A DNA stretch of 64,000 nt from Centroscyllium fabricii. Taxonomy: Eukaryota. This document shows, piece after piece, positions 1 through 10,200 of this stretch; the stretch's first letter is position 1; the number at the start of each line of letters is the position of its first letter. A program made the position numbers and the translations under genes. The notes below the pieces were generated by a model that did no database searches, was not told where the DNA came from, and worked only from the letters and a program-made list of their open reading frames with translations. The DNA is taken from NCBI GenBank assembly GCA_051313645.2, contig JBNRSN020000003.1:159278001-159342000 (forward strand), in the 5' to 3' direction.

Positions 1-189
1 ACAATGGCCATGCCAGACCATAATAAGTTAAATACAGAAAGCTTTTAATGTGAAGAACTGGAGGCACACAGCAAGTTAGACACTAGCCTTTCACTCTGAT
101 AGGATCCTTACAGCCAGGAGACAGATGAGACTTTTATCCTGGGTCAAATTAGCTTGGCCAATCTCAAAACATTCCCATGCTGACATGTT

Positions 190-290
190 TGGATGACAGG
201 TCATCGACCCGAAATGTCAAGTCTCTTTCTCTCTCTACCGATTCTGCCTGACCAGCTGAGTATTTCCAGCATTTTTTGTTTTTATTCCAG
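190..290 (+). repeat. Penelope-type terminal repeat fragment with degenerate hammerhead core
   Basis: GATGACAGGTCATCGACCCGAAATGTC...TGCCTGACCAGCTGAGTATTTCCAGCATTT; same family as the copies at 2400, 12750, 60300 and 61230. Confidence 0.6.
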
Positions 291-830
291 AGTTGACATG
301 GTTCAACAACATAAGACTGCAAAATGGAAAAAATATCACACTGGTTGCAGTGTGGCATGCTCCTCGGAGCTTTGGGTTGAGATATGGAACGTTGTTGGGA
401 AGAAGCTTCATTCTGCATCTTAATAAACCGGACCTAGGATCGATGTGCACAATGGGTGCCTGAAATGGGATATGTAAGATTAAACAGCAAACCCAGGAGG
501 AGTTATGTCAGGTACACCAAGGACAGCTGTGCTCCTTCACTTTGCATTGTAGCAGCCTCCCTTCCTCCATCCCACTGTTCTGGGACCAAGGCAGATATAG
601 ATCAAATTTGCACACACAACAGTCTAACAAAAAGTAGGTGACTAGCAGCTTGGTACTGTACTACTGATCTAATACCTCAGGGCTGCAATGGTGGTATGGA
701 CAGGAAGTGCCACACTTGGAGAACGTTTTTACATTTTCCAATATAATGTTGATACTAATGCTCATTTCTTTCTTCCCACAATGATAATTTAGCACATAAC
801 TCCTCACTTTCACATAGGTCCAATCTACTA

Positions 831-1435
831 CAGGTTGAGCACCGTTAATCCGGCACAGGCGGGACCAGGCCGTTGCCGGGAAAGTGAAAACCCCGAACGA
901 TTGAAGCTTCGGCGAGCGCATGCGCAGGCCATTCAAAATGGCTGCCGCGAAAGGCCGCCGGCCATTTTGAGTGGTCTGTGCAAGCGCTTATCGTTCGGTA
1001 AGGCCCAGCTCGGGGAGGCTCGGTAAGGCAAGGCCCAGCTCGGGGAGCCCCGGCCCGGCTGGGGAAGGCGAGGCGAGGCCCGGCTCAGGAAGGCTCGGCC
1101 CGGCTCGGGAAGGCTCGGCAAGGCGAGGCCCGGCTCGGGGAGACCCGGCCTGGCTCGGTAAGGTGAGGCCCGGCTTGGGAAGGCTCGGTAAGGCGAGGCT
1201 CGGGAAGGCCCGGCCCGGGATCGTTCGGCAGCGCATGCGCAGATCATTAAAAACTTTGCGCCGGCCATTGTGAATGATCTGTGCATGCGCTCGCCGTTTG
1301 GCGGTGCATGCGATCATTCACTGAAGCATCAATCGTGGTGGCCATTTTGCACATGCGCAGGGCAGTTGGGGCAATTTGTTCCGGAAGACTGAAGTTGCCG
1401 TCTTATCGGGTAATGGATTAACGGTGCACAACCTG
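831..1435 (+). mobile_element. pogo/Tigger-like non-autonomous MITE, family A, with internal minisatellite
   Basis: TIRs CAGGTTGAGCACCGTTAATCC ... GGATTAACGGTGCACAACCTG with TA on both sides; a related inverted copy lies at 40620-41284. Confidence 0.9.
1000..1218. repeat. GC-rich minisatellite inside MITE (15-25-bp units, GGCTCGGTAAGGCGAGGCCC-like)
   Basis: Tandem imperfect units are directly visible and explain the low-complexity ORFs 933-1317. Confidence 0.85.
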
Positions 1436-1679
1436 TACAAGACAGTCTATTGAAACAAACTTATTACTGGAGCCAAAGAACTCCGCAATCTTGGTTTGCC
1501 TTTTTTTTCCTGCTCAAGTGAAGCTGAAAAGTGGCATTCATAAAAATACTGGGGGGGGGGGGGGGTGGGGAAGAGAATATAATTACAGACAAATTGAGCA
1601 TAATTCAAGGTTTAATTACAATTAAATGAAAACATTAATGTTTTATGATGACTTGCCCATCATTTCAATTGTTACTCAC

Positions 1680-1799
1680 ATAGCGGTTTGCTAAATCTTT
1701 ATCATCAGTCTTTTGCTTCTTACTATCTGTAGAGTAGTCATTTGAGTTTCTGTGCTTCTCTGCAGCTCTGAAACTGGCTGATGGTGACACGGAGGAACT
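1680..1799 (-). CDS. TLE4: TLE CcN-region exon (120 nt, SSSVSPSASFRAAEKHRNSNDYSTDSKKQKTDDKDLANRY)
   Basis: Minus strand reads TCATTTCAG|AGT TCC TCC...CGC TAT|GTGAGT. It has 40 codons, resembles TLE4, and contains the basic KKQK NLS-like motif. Confidence 0.93.
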
Positions 1800-2399
1800 C
1801 TGAAATGACAAGTACTGTATTCACATGGAAGTTTTAATATATTAAAAAAATTAGAATGGGTAAGGCAGTAAAAGCCACTTAATGGAAAGATCTTGTTCTG
1901 TTTACCTGATTATTCAAAGAGCATTAAAAGTACAATTGCTGGCTCTGCTTAGCAATATCCTGTCCAGCAAGTACTCTAGATTTAACACATCCACAATAGC
2001 ATATTTGCACTGAGTGATATAGTGAGATGGTGAAACTGACCAAATAACTTGTATGTAGCACCTTTTCATGTCTCCTAGAAACCTATCAAAGCAGTTATAT
2101 TTACATTGTTGCCATACATTAAAGAAATATTGGAATTCATCCACTACATTGGTGTTAATATATTCATATTTGAATGTATAATGATGCAGTAAGACATTGA
2201 GTGTATTGTCATATTATCCTCCATAAGCTCATCCAAAACTTTTCTGCCTGTTTGCTCACCCATCACTGGTGTCCTCGCTAACCTACACTGGCTTCAAGTC
2301 CCCGCAACATCTCAAATTTAAAATGATCATTCTCCATGGCCTTTCCTCATCATACCTCGAACCTCCTCCAGTCTACACCACCTCTATTTTTCGCTTGCA

Positions 2400-2623
2400 A
2401 AAGCAAAATACTGCAGATGCTGTAAATCTGAAATAAAACACAGAAAATGCTGGAAACGCTCAGCAGGTCAGGCAGCATCTGTGGAGAGAGAAACAGAGGT
2501 GACGTTTCAGGTTGATGACCTTTCATCAGATCTGCCAGTTCATCGACCTGAAACGTTAACGTTCTCTCTCCACATATGTTGCCTGACCTGCTAAGTATTT
2601 CCTGCATTTTCTGTTTTTATTTC
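2400..2623. repeat. Inverted pair of Penelope-type terminal repeats (fold-back) inserted in an L2-type 3' fragment
   Basis: Arms at about 2433-2517 and 2540-2620 are reverse complements. L2-like 3' sequence lies on both sides (about 2250-2390 and 2625-2875). Confidence 0.75.
2494..2536 (-). ncRNA. Minimal type I hammerhead ribozyme motif
   Basis: Minus strand reads CUGAUGA-A-AGGU(CAUCA)ACCU-GAAAC-GUC. Both core boxes, a 4-bp stem II, a palindromic ACGU stem III and a GUC cleavage triplet are present; stem I is imperfect. Confidence 0.65.
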
Positions 2624-2876
2624 TCTTTTCCTCTTACTCTGGCCTATTTTGTATCCCCCTTGCCCCACCACCACCACCCGACCCCCATGTGCCATTATTA
2701 GCAGCCAAGCTTTCTGCGTCTAGAGACATAGGCTCTAGAATTCAACCATTAAACTCCTCCGCATCTCCATCTCCTCCTTTTAAGATCTGCATTGAAACCT
2801 GCCTCATTGACCAATGATGCTTCTGTGAAGACTTTGGGATGTTTTCTATATCAAAGGTGCTCTTTAAATACAAGGT

Positions 2877-3771
2877 GCTGCGAGGAGGGTGCCAAGAAAC
2901 TCCAGGATGATTTGGACAGGTTGGTTGTTAGGGCAGAAGCGTGGCAGATGCAATATAACGTGGATAATTGCGAGGTTATCTACTTTGGGGTCAAAAACAG
3001 AAAGGCAGACTATTATCTGAATGGAAATAGATTGGGAGACGGGGAAGTGCAATGTGACCTGGGCATTCTTATGCACCAGTCGTTGAAGGTAAGCATGCAG
3101 GTGCAGCAGGCGGTGAAGAAGGCAAATGGTATGTTGGCCTTCATAGCAAAAGGGTTTGAGTACAGGAACAAGGATGTCCTGCTGCAGTTGTACAGGGCCT
3201 TGGTGAGACCACACCTTGAGTACTGGGTGCAGTTTTGGTCGCCTTATCGGAGGAAGGATGTTCTTGCCATGGAAGGAGTTCAGCGAAGATTCACAAGGCT
3301 GATACCTGGGATGGCAGGAATAACGTATGAGGAGAGATTGGGTCGATTAGGCTTATACCCGCTGGAGTTAAGAATGAGAGGGGATCTCATCGAAACGTAT
3401 AAAATTCTGACAGGTCTGGACAAACTAGTGACAGGAAGAATGTTCCCAATGGTCAGAGAGTCCAGAACCAGGGGGCACAGTCTAAGCATAAGGGGTAGGC
3501 CATTCAGGACAGAGATGAGGAAGAATTTCTTAACCCAGAGAGTGGTGAACCTGTGGAATTCTCTACCACAGAATGTAGTTGAGGCCAAGTCATTAAATAT
3601 ATTCAAGAAGGAGTTAGATATAGTTCCAAGAGCTAAAGGTATCAAGGGATATGGGGAGAAGGCAGGTACGGAGCACTGAGTTTGGATGATCAGCCATGAT
3701 CTCATCGAATGGTGGAGCAGGCTCGAAGGGCCGAATGGCCTACTCCTGGTCCTATCTTCTATGTCTTTATG
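2877..3771 (+). mobile_element. CR1 LINE 3' fragment (RT C-terminus plus 3' UTR)
   Basis: ORF 2792..3679 has CR1 motifs (LQDDLDRL, LYRALVRPHLEY, MRGDLIETYK, TQRVVNLWNSLP) and is followed by the typical 3' tail. Confidence 0.95.
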
Positions 3772-4078
3772 TATAAAAATGCACAGCAGCAAAATCCAAT
3801 CCAATCCACATAAATGCAGATGCAAGAATGAGGGAAAGCCGAACAATTCATTCTTCTCATTTTGTCAGTCAGAATATTTGATGTGACTATTTTTTGGCTG
3901 GGTCTATTTGCAACACCATATTTTTGTTGGTCCCCTTGGAGGACCCGACACACCCAACCATTTGTTTGGAATGTGTAATTTGATCCTGCCTGCTGTAGAC
4001 AACCCTGCAATGTGAAATTTGATCCCGTCTTGCTAGACTACAGAATGTGGCAGCTAGCCTTGTGACGATCCTCTGTTA

Positions 4079-4604
4079 CAGGTTGAGCACCGTTATTCCG
4101 GCATGGTCGGGACCAGGACCGTGCCAAATTTTTGAAAACTTCAAATGATTGAAGTTCGGCGAGCGCATGCGCAGACCATTCAAAATGGCCACTGCAAAAT
4201 TTTGACTGGTCTGCGCATGCGCTCGCTGAAGCATCAATCGTTCAGGGAGGGGCCCAGGCATGCGCAGTCAAGCACGGCGGCCATATTGCGCATGCACAGA
4301 CCAGTCGGGGAGGCCCGGGCATGCGCAGCGGCCATTTTGTGCATGTGCAGGGCGATCGGGCAGAGGCCTGGGCATGCGCAGCCAAGCGTTGTGGCCATTT
4401 TGCGCATGCGCAGGGCAGTCGGGCAGAGGCCTAGGCATGCGCAGCCACCATTTTGCGCATGCGCAGACCAGTCAGGGAGAGGCCTGGGCATGCCCAGCTA
4501 AGCGCAGTGGCCATTTTGCGCATGCACGCACCAGTCGGCCAGATTCGTGCCGGACGTTTGAAGTTGCTGGACAAACGGTGCCCAGATTAACGGTGCTCAA
4601 TATG
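4079..4604 (+). mobile_element. pogo/Tigger-like MITE, family A variant with 55-65-bp internal tandem repeat
   Basis: TA|CAGGTTGAGCACCGTTATTCC ... GATTAACGGTGCTCAATATG|TA; repeated GGCCATTTTGCGCATGCGCAG units. Confidence 0.88.
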
Positions 4605-4893
4605 TACTATAATTATAGTTGTCCTTGGCTGGTAAAATAAAAGACTTTATACTCTAATTAGTGGGTTAGTTAAGTTTTTGGAGTTTTATGGGTTTTATTT
4701 CCTTCTGGAAGTGATAAAAAAAAATCTAATTCTGAATGAAGGGACCATGTGTGTGGGGTCCGTTCATGTATCCAACCGTCTGCCACACCAGCAAGTTCGC
4801 ACTGGGGAGAGTTCACCTGCTCTGTGCGCGAGAAAGGATTTGTTCCTGGGACTAACCCTGTTCCTGGGACTAGGGACAGGGCCACTGGCAAGG

Positions 4894-4961
4894 CTTGGAA
4901 GCTAAGCAGAGCCAGGCCTGGTTAGTACTTGGATGGGTGACCACCAGGGAATACCAGGTGC
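4894..4961 (+). pseudogene. 5S rRNA fragment (about +44 to +111, whole internal control region), probable head of a SINE3-type element extending to about 5112
   Basis: Ungapped match to recalled vertebrate 5S with about 8 mismatches in 68 nt; the 5S 5' end and T-rich terminator are absent. Confidence 0.85.
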
Positions 4962-5788
4962 AGGTGGTCACGAAAGGAGCCCCAGGGAGGGGCGGTTGGC
5001 TGAAGATTGTTGGAAAGATGGAATGGCGGCACGCAGACGCAGCGGCTTTGCTGGACTCTTGGGAGCTTGCAAGATCACATTTCGTTGTTCATGTACTTGT
5101 ACATTATAATAATTCAACTTTATTGTCATTATACAAAGATTCACTAATTCATCCGGTTAGAAGAACATGATCCATGTCTAACAGAGGGGGAAGAATGTGA
5201 TCTGTGTTCCCATCTGGATCACCGGTTTTCTCTCATCACCCACCCCCCTCAGACCTGGATTACGTACGTTTATCCCCCATCCCTACTATTTTCTAACACC
5301 CACTCACCTGCGGAGTTCCTGACCTCCCCCCCCGCCAAACTCCTCTCTGACCTTCCCACCCCCCTTCTTCGAGCTCCTCTCTGACCTGCTCCTCTCCCCT
5401 TTCTCCACACCCACCTCATCCCCCACTCCAATTCCCTGACCTTCTCAACAGGGAGATGAAGAGTGTCAGTCGAGGCCGGAGGCTGCAGCCACCACAACTG
5501 GGTGCACACGTGTGGTTACAAAAACAGTCTTCAGTCTCTGCACAGAGGGACTCGGTACCGTGAAAATAATCACACCGCCATTTTTTCACACACTATTTAC
5601 AGAGTTGATTCAGTTCCTCTTCTAATAACAACAACATTTGAATTTCTTTCTTCAATTTAAATTCCACGGCAAATGGCACTAAGATATTGGCACTGCTTAG
5701 AAAAATATTTAAATCCAGATAGTTGTAATGGAGGCAGTGAGCAATATTCAGGTCAGACTTTAAGTTATTCACAGCGAAAAAACAAGGT

Positions 5789-6540
5789 GGGGGGGGATTT
5801 TTATGTCCCTGTGAGGCGGGGTTTTTGGCAGCTGTGAAGTGAAAATAGAAAATTTGAGGGTCCCATCCCAGCTCGCCGGATCCCCGCCGGTTTTGCATTT
5901 TCGGACGGCCTCTTTCCCCGCCCCGAATCTTTCCCGCTGGCGGCCGGTGGGAATGGTTGTTTAAGTTGTTATGGGGCCTTAATTGGCATCTATAATGCCA
6001 TTTTTAGCCGTTTCCCACCCTAACCCCGTCTCCTTAAACCCCGCTGGGTGAAACCCAGCGAGAGCACAGCGCTGGTTATTACTTTCTCCTTCAAGGTGTG
6101 AAGGACATGCTGCCAAATGCTTGGCATGCCTCCAGCACCTTAGAGGAGTAACTTACTCCGTGGTGGGTGCACCAGCTGTGGGCAAAAACTGAGAAATCTC
6201 AGCTTTGCACATGTCCTCATAGCCGGTGCCGAGCTGTCAAGGATTCGGAGCCCACCCGCCCACCTGTCAGTCACCAGCACTTGACCTTTCTCATTGGTTC
6301 CACTTGACTGTGATGTCACAGTGGAGTGTTTCCATGGGAACGGTCAACAACCACTGCTGGAACTGTCAATCAAACTGCTCGAGCACCGCTGCAGCCCCGA
6401 CTCTATTGATTCAATTACCACCTGCTGCCGCAGGCGGGGATTTAAGAACTCAATTAAATGAAAATTGCATGGGGTTCCCAGGTCTTTGGCCAGGCGGGAC
6501 AGGAACCCGCCCCGACCAACCCCCGCCAGGTTCCCGCACT
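5789..6540 (+). mobile_element. Non-autonomous TIR element, family E (right end truncated)
   Basis: Colinear similarity with 51057-51844; starts GGGGGGGATTTT. Confidence 0.75.
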
Positions 6541-6640
6541 TTCTATTGACTATATTTCTCTGCATCGATGTTGCCTGGCCTGCTGAGTTTTTCCAGCATT
6601 TTCTGTTATTTCAGATTTCCAGCATCTGCAGTATTTAGCT

Positions 6641-6949
6641 ATCGCCCTCGCTTTCCTACTCGGTTCGAGCTGCTGCGGCGCCGAGCGGGCGGCTGGCCAG
6701 AGCGAGCTATGATTGGCCGAGCATGGGCAGGGGGCGGGGCGCAGCGCTTCAAAACCGCCGGAGCGCGAGCAAACTGCTGGGCTGTGATTGGATGAGCTCA
6801 GGCGGAGCAGAGTTCCAAACCCATCGGCCGAAGCGCGCCCGGCCCATCCGTAGCCGCCTCCAGGGCGGGATCCAACCACCCGTTCCCGTGGCCTCGATCA
6901 TGATTGCACTTGCCCGACCTCTTCGGGCAAGTGGTTTTGTCGCGCCCTG
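6641..6949. mobile_element. CpG-rich terminal fragment of a probable hAT-type DNA transposon
   Basis: Ends ...GTCGCGCCCTG (CAGGG-type terminus) with subterminal hairpin CACTTGCCCGA/TCGGGCAAGTG; no matching left end seen. Confidence 0.5.
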
Positions 6950-9711
6950 CAACTTTGGTTTTGTTTCTGTGCCAAAGAATAAGCATGTAAATCCAGAACA
7001 GTGTATTGACCTTCAAATGTTAATTATTTGTAATACACGGCCACAGGGAAATGTAATGATTACGAAGCAATACATTTCCACTAATCTTCATTCAGATATA
7101 GACACTAACTTTGTTTCCATCAGGAAACCTTAACTATTATAATTCATTATTATAACTCATTATAATTCATAAAAATACACAAATCCTTTTCCTATAATCA
7201 ATATTCAAACGCCCAAGTTGACTGTGCAGGAATTGGACGAGAAGCCATTGCTCGAGATGCTCAGGCTATGATCAGATAGGGAAGAGTAGACTCATTTGAT
7301 TTATGTTAAGTCACTTTATATCTGGAACGGCAGTATTCCATCTACACCTGCCCTTTAGCTGCAGACTTTGCAGGGATACAAAACTATCTTCACCAACTAA
7401 ACAAACTTCAACAAACATAACACACCTTGAACACCTCTACAGACAAGTTTCACAATTAAGTGTTTATGCATTCCTGGTTTCTCAAGTATAAAAACTTCTG
7501 TTATCTCAAGGTCCTCGTGGTTATCTTAACCTTTTGTTTGTTCTCATTTGTACCCAGTAACAACTTAATAAAATAAAGTGAATAACTACCTTAAACATAG
7601 GTTAATGTGCAATGCTGAATTCCCATAATTATCTGCCCAGCTGTTCAATACATGTTCAGACTGTACTTGTTGAGTACACTGTCAATAGAAAGCAGAAACC
7701 CAATAGCTCGGTATGTCAAAACTGCCAGCATAAACCCTTTTCAACAGGAAATGTTGCTTCAGTAAACATGCAGGACAGTTTAGTCATAGAGTGTTTGTTT
7801 AGTGGTTTGCATTCTGTGAACCATGAAGTGATGGCTTCTTGAAATTTTTTGCTGTGGGCTGACTGCCTAAACTGAATACTGATGCACCACACAGCACTGG
7901 TTTCTTGCTACAAACACAGAGAAAGCACAAATGGACAGGCTGGCTGACTGTGTGGTGGGAAAACCAGCGACAGTTACACCTCTCTAGGGTGGGACACTCC
8001 CATGACATGCTACCTGCTAGCATACACGGCAGATTAGGGACACGTTCCTTTTTAAAAAATGTAACCCTCTCCCGCCAGTCATGGGTGGGGGGGGTTAATA
8101 TCGAGGCCGATGAATCAACAGATTTAGTGCAGAAGGAAAAAAGCCTGACTGGAAATGGAAAACTGTATATGAGCAGTGTCTCAGCAATATCACCTCACCC
8201 TGTTAAATGACAAAGGACTTTTCCAATTTTATATCAAGGTTGAGCAAATGAGCAAAAACTGCTCATTAATAATTCACGTATGCTTTACTTGGACTTCAAA
8301 CTATACTAGGCTACAAACATTAAATTACAGAATGCAACATCTAATTACTTATTATGGGTTGAATTTTAACATGCTGGAGTGCGTGGGTTAAAACAGAGGA
8401 AATTGACAGCACGTCGGGAAGCCGGATCCAACCCGTGGACTTATTTAAAGTGCCTCACTACTACCCAATCTGCAAAACTACTATTTGGATGTGCAAACTG
8501 GGATTGTTGCGGCAAAACTATTCATTTTTACCCACAACTGATTTTTTTGGGGGGGGGGGGGTCCAGTTACATGAATAAACTAACATTTTACATTATAACC
8601 CCAGACCCATAACCTGCCTCGGGTATCACGGTTAGCTTAAATTGCTCATTTAAAAGAAAAGTTTAATTGAATGCCAATAATTGACTTGTAGGAGTCCAAT
8701 AAGCAGCAATAAGAACAGCTTGTCTTAAGTTTCTGACCCTATGTCTCATCTTAAAATCAAACCACCAGTTCTCAATTACAATTCACTGTATACTTGCACA
8801 GAAAATTACAGCTTAATTCAATCACACCTCATTTGAATACTGAAATTTGTACCACTGAAGAGTATTCTCAATCGTCAATTGAGAACAGTTGGGATTGATT
8901 GAAGATATCTTGAGGAGGTCATAATGCTGCTGTGACATCATACGGTCCACTCCACTTAATAACCCACTATTTAACTGATGGCACAAATTCAGGGGCCTTT
9001 TCATTATTTTCTATTCTGTCTCATGCCACTTCTTTGCAATTTGTTTAAAAATGCAGTTTGGAGGATTATCAGCCAGTATGGGAACTGTTATCCAAGTTGA
9101 ATAAATGCAATTCACTATTGAATTCTGAGATCCAATGAATTCACACTCTAATGGCCACAGCAACAGCCTAAGAAAGTGTAATGATTGGTTATCTGCATGC
9201 TTCACCGTGCGTAACAGGCAAGCTTATCATGTTTTGTTACAGTAGGAGTATTTCAGTGTAAATAATTGGCTTGCAGTACTGTATTCATTTATGAGCACCA
9301 ATTCAGAGACTGGACTGCCTGTGAAAATGAGTAGGAAATGACTAGACCAGAGGCTGGCAGAGCAAATGCAAGTGATTTTGAAAATGCTAAATGAGTTTGA
9401 AACAATTACAGTACTATAATATGTACACCAAAAAAAGTACACAATACGGATGGACCACAAATTTCAGGCTTTGGAAAATGACTGTCGTGCAAAGAAAATC
9501 ATTTCATACACTTCAGTTTCAATTACACATCTAATAAATCACGCTTTTACCTGACCCCCCAAGTGATTGGAATCAAGAGGAACAGACTGGACCAAAGGCA
9601 GTAGGGAGTGGCAGTTGTGAAACTGGACCAGCATATGATGCATCAGGTTTAAATATATTTTAACACATGGAAGTGAAATACAAATCTGCAATTTATAACT
9701 GAATAATAGTA

Positions 9712-10094
9712 CAGGTACACAACGCTTTATCAGAAAACCTCGGGACCGGGCGGGTTTTGGATAAATACGGTTTTTAGAGTTGGCCCCAGTGCGCATGCGC
9801 AGATCGCTTGCGCATGCGCATTTCCGTGTTTGCGGCCCAGCTCGCGGTCGGGAAACGGCATATCGGCCGTTTGGAGGAGGGAGAGCGGCCGTTCGGAGGA
9901 GGGAGACCGGCCGTTCGGAGGAGGAGATGGGCCGTTTTTTTCCCTCAGCACGGCATCAACAGCACGAGATCGGGGTAGGAACGTGTTGTTTCTGCTGCAG
10001 CTTAAATCATTTTTTTCTTAAATAAATTGGAAAAAAACCTTTGTTTTTTGGATCTTTTCAGTTTTTGAAGTTGTGGATAAGGGATTGTGTACCT
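9712..10094 (+). mobile_element. Tigger4/Zombi-like MITE, family B
   Basis: TA|CAGGTACACAA...TTGTGTACCT; termini shared with 22463-22808 and 49059-49614. Confidence 0.85.
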
Positions 10095-10200
10095 AGGCTG
10101 TGAGATGATACACTGATGAGAAACTTTTTTGTGGGAGGTATTATTTTACCCTCCAACTTTCTCCCTTTTTCTGAAGCTACCTACTCTTTTTGGTTTATGG

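Noticed and set aside
933-1317. Overlapping Pro/Arg/Gly-rich ORFs on both strands (also 4145-4640 and 40739-41280)
   Set aside because: They are by-products of stop-poor GC-rich tandem repeats inside MITEs and show no protein-family motif.
1-1679. Next TLE exon (DSDGEKSDDNLVVDVSNE-like) and, at the other end, the YYEMSYGLNIEMHKQ exon beyond 58822
   Set aside because: Searched by eye on the minus strand and not found; both are presumably outside the window.
2792-3679. 295-aa ORF as a host gene or active LINE
   Set aside because: It is only the C-terminal part of CR1 ORF2 with a chance upstream extension and lacks the catalytic RT core and endonuclease.
4240-4540. Repeat-spacer look resembling a CRISPR array
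   Set aside because: Units are degenerate tandem copies without unique spacers, lie inside a TA-flanked MITE in a vertebrate intron, and no cas genes are present.
4894-4961. Functional 5S rRNA gene
   Set aside because: The first ~43 nt, the 3' end and the terminator are missing, and the copy is not in a tandem array.
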